Below are positions 1 to 10,385 of a stretch of 64,000 nt of DNA, one piece after another. Source of the stretch: Octopus bimaculoides (lineage: Eukaryota); contig NC_068981.1 in assembly GCF_001194135.2 (NCBI RefSeq), positions 125,394,422 to 125,458,421 of the forward strand, in the 5' to 3' direction. Every line of letters begins with the position of its first letter. Position 1 is the stretch's first letter. Position numbers and translations under genes: made by a program. The notes beneath the pieces are model-generated. The model searched no databases. It was not told the DNA's origin and worked only from the letters and a program-made list of their open reading frames with translations.

Positions 1-300
1 AATGTCTTCCTCTATAGTCCCAAGCTGACCAAAGCCTTGTTGGTGGACAGTGGATTTAGTAGACAAGAATTAAACAAAACCTGTGTGTGTGCATGTGTGT
101 GTGTGTGTGAGTGCATATGCATGCATTTATGGTTGTATGCATGTGTGTATTAGTGTTATTGTTTTCTTGCCTTGAGTTAACATGATAGTTGTAAACAAGC
201 TTCCAACCGTCAGTGGAAACATGTATGTCGGCTCATAGAGAAATATTACCTTACTTTGAAAGAGGTGAGGGCACTGGCTCGGGAACAAAATTTGTTTAGC
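1..300 (+). mobile_element. Truncated SINE (family-1 body, (TG)n middle, tail type B)
   Basis: Body 'gtcttcctctatagtcccaagctgaccaaagccttgt...tggatttagtagac' matches the family-1 SINE body at 32412 and 53519. It is followed by (TG)n and a tail 'gatagttgtaaacaagc...aaatattaccttacttt' shared with 7900-8140 and 51370-51580. Confidence 0.8.
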
Positions 301-525
301 AGGTACAAACCCAGGTCCAAAATTTTTTACAAACAAGGTCTAATTGTTTTCTTTTGCAAATTTATTTTTGTTCTTTGAAAAGAAACCTAGCTTCAAGCTA
401 TTTGTTACAGATCACTTTTTATTTACTGTATTCTAAACCTGAGAAAAGTAGGGGTGCAAATTTTGATTTTGCAGCCCATAAAAATTCTAGAGGGTGCAAC
501 AACAACAACAACAACAACAACAACA

Positions 526-671
526 TCAAAAAATACCTCAGGAATGAGAACCCAGGTTCGAAATTTCCCCAAGACACCTGATGAAGGCTGAAGGTTATAT
601 CAGCTGAAATGTTGTGTTAACAACAAACAAGATGAGGACAAATATCCGTCAAATGTAAATAATGTAAACAA
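526..671 (+). mobile_element. Short Penelope/retrozyme-like element carrying a hammerhead motif
   Basis: ~150-bp unit after a (CAA)n run, ending in a short repeat (aatgtaaat aatgtaaac). It contains CTGATGA...GAAA, the layout of the hammerhead-bearing repeats of Penelope-like elements. Confidence 0.55.
573..618 (+). ncRNA. Minimal type I hammerhead ribozyme motif (possibly decayed)
   Basis: Stem I GACAC(573-577)/GTGTT(614-618); core CTGATGA(578-584) plus an extra A585; stem II GGCTGA(586-591)/TCAGCT(600-605); GAAA(606-609); minimal stem III ATGT; predicted cleavage after GTT (613). Confidence 0.6.
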
Positions 672-1299
672 TGAAGAATTATAGGTATTTGTAAGACAAG
701 GATTAGTAGGATCAGTATGTGATATTGAGAACACTGACTTCTATTGTATGAATTTTGTTAAAGTCAATCTCAGCACTCTGTTGTTATTATTCAGTCTATT
801 CATTGTCAGTAATCCTATATTCTTTCATTATTGAGTTGCATCCTTTTTTATTTCTGATAGGGAGTAAAAAGTAATTGTCTGCTTACTTCTACAACCCAAA
901 ACATTCTGCAAAGCAGAAGTAGCAACCAATTTTCCAAACACATCAACCAGTTATTTGTCCTCAGTCACAAAGCCAAACCCTTGGTTTAGTCCCATTTTGT
1001 CTCACTACATTTCAGGTGATACATTCCTGCATAAACCCACATAACACTGATATCAGAACTAGCTATCACCAGTTAACATTCTTCAAATGATTCTTATTGT
1101 TCTTGAACTGGATTTAAAATTACAATGAGGTTAGGTACCTGAAAATAATGATTTAGGGAGTCCCTTGTTCTAAATGGCACCATACAAAGCTCAGTTATAT
1201 GATAAGAAGTATGTAAAGATGTCTATGGCAAGTGACCTTTATTGGACATCAAACAAATATGTTGTTAATATGGACATGTGATATCAATCATTTTGGTTG

Positions 1300-1475
1300 G
1301 GGGTAAGTGGATTACAAAGACCCCAGTGCTCAACTGGCACTTATTTTATTGACCCCAAAAGGTTGAAAGGCAAAGTTGACCTCAGCAGAATTTGAACTCA
1401 GAACATATAGAAGGATGAAATGTTGCTAAGCATTTTGCCCAGCATGCTAATGATTCTGCCAGCTCACCATGTATA
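1300..1475 (-). mobile_element. SINE family 2 (tRNA-like head plus 'cctttcatccttt..gggtcaataaaataagtacc' domain)
   Basis: Reverse complement of the unit that is tandemly repeated at 24840-27370. Confidence 0.8.
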
Positions 1476-1933
1476 CAAAAGTTGGTAGCAGAAGATATAA
1501 ATACTAAAAATAGTCGAAAGAATGAAATTACTTACTTTATGATCATAGATGATATGGTGTAGACTAAAGACATATGAAAACACATAAGCTTTAGAATTTA
1601 TCCAACGAATGCTGGGATGGATAACAGAAATAGTAACTAAATGATGCTGATGATGAAAGATGGCAAGTATGATGATGATGACGATGATGATGGTGATGGT
1701 GATGATGACAGTGAAGATTGTGATGATGAAGATGGTGCTGGCTAATTTCCATAAGTATTTGAGAGCTCAATTCCAAGATTCAAACTATTGATTAATACCA
1801 AATCCATCTGCTTCACATTACATTACATAAAATGGGGCATAAAACTGATTAAATAAACTTTATTGCTGTCTAATATCTATATAAGGAACTGTAGTGTCTG
1901 TTAACACAAACATTAAAGTATGCCACATGAGGA

Positions 1934-2162
1934 TTAACCCTTTCGTTACCAACCCGGCTGAAACCGGCTATGGCTCTGTAGTACAAATGTCTTGTTTTCA
2001 TAAGTTCTAAATAAAACTTTTCCACCAAGCCTTAGTCAGAATTTAAGTTCTTAACACTAGCTTCATGATAACTGAGTTATTTTACTAAATTCTTTGTTAT
2101 ATTTAAAGTAATTGAAAGAAACATGGAGCATCTCAAAATAAATACAGTAACGAAAGGGTTAA
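1934..2162. mobile_element. piggyBac-like MITE
   Basis: Perfect inverted ends TTAACCCTTTCGTTAC ... GTAACGAAAGGGTTAA, i.e. TTAA target duplication plus CCC-starting TIRs; no ORF. Confidence 0.85.
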
Positions 2163-3616
2163 AGTGTCTGTCATACAGAGGTTCTAGCATGGGTAGCACC
2201 ATAGCACTATAAACCAGCATAAATTTAAATTTTATGATAGTAAAGTCAGTGTTTTTCTTTTTAATATTCTTTTAAATATCTTTAATATATTTAATATTTT
2301 TATAATTTCAGTATTTGCAGTAATATGACATTTTCTCTTATTAGCTATCAGGTACACTTTGAACAAAAAAAATGCAAAACAATAAAATAAGTTCCTATTT
2401 ATGACCAATTTCTAAACAGAAAAATATAATGTTTTCATTATAATTCTAAGAAGTATAAAATATAACAGAAAAACTATCATGTTTCCATAAGATGTATTTT
2501 TGGTAATCTAGAACAATATAATAAAAGATTATACTGTAATGGATTTGAAATAAAAATATTTGTATTTTCTCTTGTTGGTGAAGTCCCAGAAGTATTCATC
2601 ACATCATGTGGTTGCATGCAATGGCTTCCTGATTCCCTTAGAGAATTATAAACCAAACATAATCCATGGAGATAAATGTTTACATGAATGCACATGGAGA
2701 AGGAAAAAAAACATTAATCAAAATATAACTGGGGACAGAAAAGGTATAAATGGGGAGGGGGAATATGCGTGTGTGTATGTGTGTGAGTGTGTGTGCGCGT
2801 GTATGCATGCACAAGTGTATATGCGTATTGCCACATAGAGGTGCAAGAATGGCTGAATGGTTAAGGAGACACCCATTGCAACCATAAAATCCCAAGTTCA
2901 ATTCTGCAGCATGGCAACTTGGGGCACCTTTCAACAGAGTCTCATGTCAACACAAGCCTTATATGAATGGAAGTGGGTACATAAATTGTGTGGAAGTGCA
3001 GCAGATGAGCTGTGTCCATAAATCAAGATCAGCTTTGTCATACACAGTGTCATGCAGATCCTGCCTAAGGATTACTTTAAGGGTATACATGTTAGTAGAA
3101 TTATTCAGTCACATACATACTAATACCAAGGCCATCTTAGAACATTACTGACCCCCACCCTGCCCCAAGCAAATCAATGCACTGGACTTTATAGTATTTA
3201 TTTATTGACAACAAATCCAGCATACACAGATCAGAATTGGGCCCCTAGGCCCGAGAAGGTCCTCAGGCAAATGCCCACTGTGCCCATGCCTGTCATAAGG
3301 GGTGATAGAAATATGGAAAAGAATACATAAAGCAGTTTCATAGAAATCTAAGACCTAATGATAATGTATAAGTGGAGCTTGGAAGGCAGGAATTATATAA
3401 AAGCTTGTTGAATGTGTGTGTGTCTGTGTGTGTTTATAGTTTTTGCCAATTTACACATTGATGACAGTGTTGGGTGTGAATATCAGTAAATCTTTGCACT
3501 GATGTACAGATTCTACATTGCCATTCCCAGTAAGCAACTTATTTATAAATATGTATATATATATATTCATTTATGTAACTATGATGTTCTTGTTTACAAA
3601 CTACAACAGACTATGA

Positions 3617-3617
3617 A

Positions 3618-3656
<39 letters not shown>

Positions 3657-3657
3657 A
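3617..3657. repeat. (TAAA)n microsatellite
   Basis: Seen directly in the sequence. Confidence 0.95.
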
Positions 3658-3974
3658 AATAACTAATATGAACAGAATTTCCAGATCTAGTCAATCACTT
3701 TCAGAAAAGAAGAACTTGATGCTATATGGAAAAGAAAGGAAAATAAATACTACAGAGAATATGGTTGGGACTATCAAATGCCTGAGGACATAAATTTTCA
3801 CCATCATAGACAGTAAATCTTATCAAATTATGCACAATGTTAAACATAACAAAAGGTGGAATGTCAAAGCATCAGTAGATTGTAAGAGGTTCTGTAGTAT
3901 TTAGTTACATACTTTTACATTTGTTGTTCAAATCTTGACATGGTCAACTTTGTTTTTCACCCTCTTGTCATGTG

Positions 3975-4170
3975 TATACATGGCACCCGTGGCAGTGACA
4001 CATAAGAGACACCCAGCACACTCTGTGTAATGATTGGTATTAGGAAGGGCATTCAGTCATAGAAATGAAGCCAAAACAGACTGGAGACTGGTACAGCTCT
4101 CCAGCTAACCAACTCTAGTCAAACCCTCTTACCCATGCCAGCATGGAAAATAGACACTAAATGATGATGA
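3975..4170 (+). mobile_element. RTE-tail-type non-autonomous retroposon (family 4), degenerate
   Basis: 'taggaagggcattcag...cccatgccagcatggaaaatagacactaaatgatgatgat' matches 41380-41580 and 55760-55950. Confidence 0.7.
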
Positions 4171-4270
4171 TCATATATAGATGGAAGTGTATTTATACAT
4201 AGGCACACAGGTATAGCTTTGTGGTTAAGTTCGCTTTGTAAGTACGATACACTTCCACCTATATATATAT

Positions 4271-4674
4271 ACTCTTTTACTTGTTTCAGTCATTTGACTG
4301 CGGCCATGCTGGAGCACCACCTTCAGTTGAGCAAATCGACCTCAGGATTTATTCTTTGTAAGCCTAGTACTTATTCTATTGGTCTCTTTTGCCGAACCGC
4401 TAAATTACGGGGACATAAACACAGCAGTATCAGTTGTCAAGCGATGTTGGGGGGACAAACACAGACACACAAACATATACACACACATACATGTACATAT
4501 ATATACATGTATACAACGGGCTTCTTTCAGTTTGCGTCTACCAAATCTACTCACAAGACTTTGGTCGGCCCGAGGCTACAGTAGAAGACACTTACCCAAG
4601 GTGCCATGCAGTGGGACTGAACCCGGAACCATGTGGTTGGTAAGCAAGCTACTTACCACACAGCCACTCCTATA

Positions 4675-4675
<1 letters not shown>
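4271..4675 (-). mobile_element. Full-length tRNA-derived SINE family 1 (tail type A)
   Basis: Reverse complement shows A-box TGGCTGTGTGG, B-box GGTTCAGTCCC, CORE-like GCACCTTGGGTAAGTGTCTT, a microsatellite middle and the tail ...GGTGCTCCAGCATGGCCGCAGTCAAATGACTGAAACAAGTAAAAGAGT. Flanked by (TA)n. Confidence 0.92.
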
Positions 4676-4746
<71 letters not shown>

Positions 4747-5080
4747 AACACACACACATAGCCATATATACATATATGACAGGCCTCCATACAGTTTTCA
4801 CCTTCCAAATTCACTAATGACGTATTGGTTGGCCTGAGGTTATAATAGGAGACATTTGCTCAAGGAGCTGTGCAGCAGAACTGAACACGAAGTCACACAC
4901 TTGCAAAGTGAGCTTCTTAACCACACAGTCATGCTTGTACTTATATTAGTGGAAGACATGAACACTTTGTAATGGAGATGGCTTGATAGATATAACAGAG
5001 AGGAGATAAATTCAATCAAATACTATTCTCTGTAACTCAAGTATTATATCTGTAAAATAAGTGAACAGTAAATATATATT

Positions 5081-5111
<31 letters not shown>

Positions 5112-5114
<3 letters not shown>

Positions 5115-5307
5115 AACTGTGGCATGCCATGCAGGATTTGATCTTCCTCTCAACTATATTACCTTTTATGTTCCTAATCTTTGCTCCCGGATACAGGAAG
5201 TCCTCAACCAAATCTAGTGGCTTCCCACCTACATTCATAATCTTTTCTGGCTTCTTAATGTTCTCTACCAGATACTTCAACTTAATCTCATTTATTTTCA
5301 GCCCTTC
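5112..5307 (-). mobile_element. RTE-like LINE ORF2 fragment, end of the RT domain (inverted segment)
   Basis: Translates EGLKINEIKLKYL...GKPLDLVEDFLYPGAKI...ERKIKSCMACHSL, which resembles the GLKIN..KTKY / LE.V.DF.YLGS / R..AW motifs at the end of non-LTR RT. Confidence 0.8.
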
Positions 5308-5750
5308 ATAAAGAACTGAAGATCCGTCTCTTCATTGCTGCAATGGAGTCTGTGCTGTTGTACGGGTCTGAGACTTGGACACAAGAAACTCACTCAGATG
5401 GTGGATGGGTGCTACATGAGAATGCTGAGGATGGCTCTGAACATTAATCAGTATATATCAGGATGAAGAACTCAGACCTGTACGAAAGCCTCCCAAAAAG
5501 TTAGCTCAAAAATAACACAGAGGAGACTGAGGTTAGCTGGACATGCTCACCCTCATTCAGAGTTGATACTGCACTCAGTGCTCATGTGGGAGCCCCTACA
5601 TGGACACACTAGAAGAGGGAGACTGAGGATGTTGATGTCCTAAGGACAGACACTGGTCCCTGGGAGTCACAGTACATGATAGCAATGATGAGGGACAAGG
5701 ACTATTACAGAGAACTCAACCATGGATCTTGGGAATTTTACCCGCTCTAG
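5308..5750 (+). mobile_element. RTE-like LINE ORF2 C-terminal fragment and 3' end
   Basis: Translates KELKIRLFIAAMESVLLYGSETWT...DGCYMRMLRMALNI...RRLRLAGHA...VLMWEPLHGHTRRGR with frameshifts; ends in (TA)n. Confidence 0.85.
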
Positions 5751-5777
5751 ATATATATATATATATATATATATATA

Positions 5778-6264
5778 NNNNNNNNNNNNNNNNNNNNNNN
5801 NNNNNNNNNNNNNNNNNNNNNNNNNNNNNNNNNNNNNNNNNNNNNNNNNNNNNNNNNNNNNNNNNNNNNNNNNNNNNNNNNNNNNNNNNNNNNNNNNNNN
5901 NNNNNNNNNNNNNNNNNNNNNNNNNNNNNNNNNNNNNNNNNNNNNNNNNNNNNNNNNNNNNNNNNNNNNNNNNNNNNNNNNNNNNNNNNNNNNNNNNNNN
6001 NNNNNNNNNNNNNNNNNNNNNNNNNNNNNNNNNNNNNNNNNNNNNNNNNNNNNNNNNNNNNNNNNNNNNNNNNNNNNNNNNNNNNNNNNNNNNNNNNNNN
6101 NNNNNNNNNNNNNNNNNNNNNNNNNNNNNNNNNNNNNNNNNNNNNNNNNNNNNNNNNNNNNNNNNNNNNNNNNNNNNNNNNNNNNNNNNNNNNNNNNNNN
6201 NNNNNNNNNNNNNNNNNNNNNNNNNNNNNNNNNNNNNNNNNNNNNNNNNNNNNNNNNNNNNNNN
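5778..6264. other. Assembly gap (N) bounded by (TA)n
   Basis: Run of N. Confidence 0.99.
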
Positions 6265-6302
<38 letters not shown>

Positions 6303-6319
6303 CCTTGCCAAGATACCAC

Positions 6320-6490
6320 TCCTAATGTTAGACACCACTGATAAATGTTAACCACTAGTCTTAATATAAAGCACCTCTCTTTCACATTAGACACTTCTCC
6401 AAATATTAGACATCAATACTAGACACCATCTTTAATGCTAGACAGCAGTACTAATGCTAGACAATTCCTAATTCTAGACATCATTCTATA
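6320..6490. repeat. Degenerate ~18-22 bp minisatellite (core 'aatgctagaca')
   Basis: Repeated tagaca-containing units: taatgttagacacc, acattagacact, aatattagacatc, aatactagacacc, aatgctagacagc, aatgctagacaat, aattctagacatc. Confidence 0.7.
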
Positions 6491-6494
6491 ATAG

Positions 6495-6635
6495 GTGCTG
6501 GCAGGGCTGTGTGGTAGAAAGTTTGCTTCTCACATGGTTCCGGGTTCAACCCCACCTTGGGTGTTTTCTAGTACAACCCCAGACCAAACAAAACCTTGTG
6601 AGAAGATTTGATAAAAGACAAAAACTGAAAGAAGC

Positions 6636-6667
<32 letters not shown>

Positions 6668-6810
6668 TTTTACTTCACAACCAGTGCTGGTTTGTTTATG
6701 CCTCCATAGCTTAGCAGTGTGGCCAAAAGATAAGTACTGGGCTTTGATTCATCCTCTTCAAGGAGGCACCCCAGTATGCCTGCAGTCCAATGACTGAAAC
6801 AAAAGAAAAG
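6495..6810 (+). mobile_element. SINE family 1, degenerate, tail A
   Basis: Head 'ggctgtgtggtagaaagtttgcttc..catggttccgggttcaacccc'; tail 'gcaccccagtatgcctgcagtccaatgactgaaac'. Confidence 0.8.
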
Positions 6811-7479
6811 TTAGACAAAACTCTTTGTTGTCAGACATTTCCACTAACATCAAACAGTCCTCCAAAAGATGGGCACTATTTTCCTATCAGATCTCCACCC
6901 ACTTTTAATGCTACCCTTTAATGCCAATTACTTCATTTCAACTCTTTTCAAAACTGATGTACCATTTCTCAAGAAGTTATTGAGGTCAATGACTTTGACA
7001 GTAAAGAAAATGTATGTGAAACATTAATGCTTTTCCCCTGAGATCATTAGTGATATAAAATGAAATAACATTAACCAGATATTGAAATCAAGTCACTAAC
7101 CCAGCAGATGGTTAAATTTGTTTCTACAGCACTTGTTTAATATTAACTATAGATCACTATTGTTGGACTGTTAACCCTCCTTTATTTATATGTTAAGATA
7201 TATGAAATATCTTGCTCTAGTCACGTAAAATTCTTTCTCTGTAGGAGAGATCAGATCTGTAAACATGCAGATTTTCACTTTAAAAATGGGTAATACAGTA
7301 TTTGGCTTACATGTTGTAAACATGTAATTTCTGTAATATATACAAGATATGAAAACAGAGATGTTATTCATGGTCATATATCTGATACAGAACTTAATAA
7401 TAATTTACTGTAAAATGGTTGCTGTACTAGATTGACATTAACAGTACTGATTTTTAACTATCACCATTGTATACTTCAG

Positions 7480-7656
7480 GCAGTGATTTAGCAAAATTGT
7501 GAGGAAAGAAGATTGCTTCTTAATCACATGGATTTGGGTTCATCCCACTGCATAGCACCTCGAGCAAGTGTCTTCCACGATACCCCTAGGCTGACCAATG
7601 GTTTGTGCATGGATTTGGGAGACAGAAACTGAAAGACACTTGTTTTGTTTTGTGTA

Positions 7657-7687
<31 letters not shown>

Positions 7688-8145
7688 AAACAAGATTAAA
7701 AATATAGGCAGATATTTTTTAATCACATTGTAGGAGTCAAAATTTAGCTAACCAAATTGACCAGTGTAAGTCACTGCAACTCATGAGGTCCTCAAAATTA
7801 CACTCCACTCTATTATTCGTGTTTTCCATATGTATGTACGTATGTGGATGTGTATGTGTGCACATGTATGTATGCTTGTGTATTTGTTTTGCTGTCTCTT
7901 TACCTTGACTTTGCATGATAGTTATAAGCAAGTGTTACCATCATACAAGCAATGTCCTGTGTTTCCAAACTTCCATAGAAAGGTATCTCATCGTGGGGAA
8001 ATATTACCTAGCTTGGAAACAGGTGGGAGCTGGTGACAGGAAGGGCATCCGGCCATAGAAAATCCACCTTGACAAATTCTGTCCAAGTCATGCAAACAAG
8101 GAAAAGTGGATGTTGAAACAATAATGATAATGCTGATGATTATGA
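7480..8145 (+). mobile_element. SINE family-1 head with tail type B (interrupted)
   Basis: Head and body at 7480-7640. Tail at 7890-8145 ends 'catgcaaacaaggaaaagtggatgttgaaacaataatgataatg', an RTE-like 3' end. Confidence 0.7.
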
Positions 8146-8479
8146 TGTATTAAAACCCCACTAATGTCAACTTTAGTAGCAGTTCAGGACAGAAGATTGA
8201 TGAAATTGCAAGGACATTACATGAGATGAATTGAATCATCTGATTTGACTTTTTGTGCTCTGACAGCACTAATTGCAATGATACTGAAGCCAAGCTGTAT
8301 AGGCCTTTTTCCCTTTCCTTTGGCCAACATCAGTGGCATGAAGAGAAGAAACTTGCAAACATGGGCTACAGCTGCTCTTCTACCTACAAAATAATCCTCA
8401 GCCTGTATCTTGAGAAAGAAATTTTTAGGTTCAGATCCATAATATATATCTATATATGTGTATGCAGTATAGTAAGAAT

Positions 8480-8825
8480 TTTGCTTCCCAACACATTGTT
8501 GTAAGTTCAGACTAACTGCGTGACACCTTGGGTAAGTGTCTTCTGCTATAAGTGCCTTGTGAGTGGATTTGGTAGATGGAAATTGAAAGATGTTCATCAT
8601 ATATGTATGTGTATGTATGTTTGTGTTTGTCCACCACCACTGCTTGACAATCGGTGCTGGTTTGTTTACATCCCTGTGACTTAGTGGTTCAGTAAAAGAA
8701 CCCCAATAGAATAAGTATCAGCCTTTATGATAATAAGTATTGGGGTTGATTTGTCCACCAAAAACCCCTCAAGGCAGTGTCCCAGCATGGCCACAGTCCA
8801 ATGAATGAAGCACGTAAGAAATAAA
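8480..8825 (+). mobile_element. SINE family 1, tail A
   Basis: 'gacaccttgggtaagtgtcttc...gtggatttggtagatggaaattgaaaga' body and the 'cccagcatggccacagtccaatga' tail. Confidence 0.85.
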
Positions 8826-9875
8826 AAAATATGTTTGTGTGTATGTACACACATGCACACACACAAACATACATATATACTTGTCTGTGTATGTATATAT
8901 ATGTATGTGTGTGTGTGTGTGTGTGTTTGTGTCTGTTCAGACACACTCATGCACGNNNNNNNNNNTTTTAGCTAGGTTGACTCAAAGAAGATTTTGTGTG
9001 TTCATTACTAAAGTCTATATTTTTTTTCTCTTTCAATATTTCAATAATTTCTAATATGCCACAGAAAAAAATGAAAAATTGAACAATTTGAAATGTGTAA
9101 TGATAGTAGATAATATAATGTGTTACAATAATTATCAGAAAGTACAAAAAAATATACAACTTAGTAAATTAATGAAATTTCTTCTACTGCTTATACAATG
9201 GATTTTATAGGGGGAAAAAAAGGCATTCAATTAAGACATTTCAGTAAACAAATAGCACTGCTCTAATGTCTAGTGATAATCATAAACCAAACAAGATCTC
9301 TTAACAAGTTTAAAGTTGGTCTTTCACATTGCTTTAATGCTGACAATGTAGGAGAAATTGACTGTAAGTGAGAAGAATTTCATTAAATCATTAACTGAAA
9401 AGGAAAAGGACATTATCAACTGTATTTATTATCAAAGCCATAGTGTCACTTCTATTAGTTATAATCTTAATTGATCAGTCAACAGACTAAGAAAATGTTT
9501 ATTTAGTCTTGAATGAAAATACTAGAGCTGTGCTTATAGATTTTGTTTCTTACTGACTGAAAACATTTATTGGTCTTTCTTTTCTCACATACTCTCTGTT
9601 AATTTATCAGTTTGAAACTATGTTTGTCTTGGCCTACATCCAACCTGATTACTGAAACTGAGACAATAATAATAATCTGATAAACAACAGACATTGTAAG
9701 ACTAATGGTGAAAATTGGATCTGATTTTCCAAATTGTGTCATGAATGGTAAATTAAAATCTTTTTCAATGAAAACTATTCCTGTGTTAATAAAAGAAAGT
9801 AAGAGAGAAAAATCTATCAGCAAACAAATGAGGTTTGCAGCAATTAGAATTTGAAATTGAAATCTTAATATTTAC

Positions 9876-10284
9876 CTAGCTCAGGAACGACATCTGGAAA
9901 AATTTCTCTTGAATTAACCCAACTTTTAGACACATCCCAAGGTGAAACAATAGGTTGAAAATGATCATCATAGTCAATTTTAAACTTTTCAATTAATTCC
10001 CAACTTATATCTTCAGAATTGATTGAATCAAAATTATCATTAAAATTGTCATTATCTTTTTCTAATTCACTTAACATGTTTTGCATTACATCTTGCTCAT
10101 TATTTTTAACAGCATTACTTTCAGCAACATTATGTTTCTCTTTATGTAAAGGTGTTTCCAGTTTCTGCTGATTATCAATATAACTTAGCTGTTGGATTTC
10201 ATATAGTAGAAACAGTATAATACAAAGCAATCCAGCCACAACGAGATGCTTCTTTCTGCGAACCCTAAAAATACCCAGGAACAT
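9876..10284 (-). CDS. FAM20B: First coding exon of a glycosaminoglycan xylosylkinase (FAM20B-like Golgi kinase)
   Basis: Type II membrane layout: basic tail RVRRKK, TM LVVAGLLCIILFLLY, then a stem. SPWDVSKSWVNSREIFPDVVPELG matches my recollection of human FAM20B [24 protein letters not shown]. In-frame stop upstream of the ATG; phase-1 donor G|GTAAAT at 9875. Downstream catalytic exons were not found in the window. Confidence 0.85.
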
Positions 10285-10385
10285 AGTTGTTTTTTGCTTG
10301 TTTGTGTTTGATAGTCCACCATCATTACTGTGAGCTCATCTTCAGCAGTTCTCAAACTTCATCATTAAACAGAATTTATCAGAAC
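10285..10385 (-). other. 5' UTR part of the FAM20B-like start-codon exon
   Basis: Strong acceptor on the minus strand, ttttttctttgctctctttatccag|GTTCTG at 10386/10385. Confidence 0.7.

Noticed and set aside
4219-4837. Recurrent ORFs such as MSSDVGG.../CHAVGLNPEPCGW (also 32396-32804, 50984-51382, 53553-53748)
   Set aside because: These are antisense translations of family-1 SINE copies, not genes.
5667-6394. Long ORFs in the track here, and at 37654-38373, 52426-52962 and 59294-59731
   Set aside because: They are open only because of N runs and flanking microsatellites.
9599-9823. ORF containing IRLDVGQDKHSFK, superficially like FAM20B IKADVGYKGTQLK
   Set aside because: The KGTQLK and VFKP motifs are absent, a stop follows at once, and no suitable phase-1 acceptor was found.
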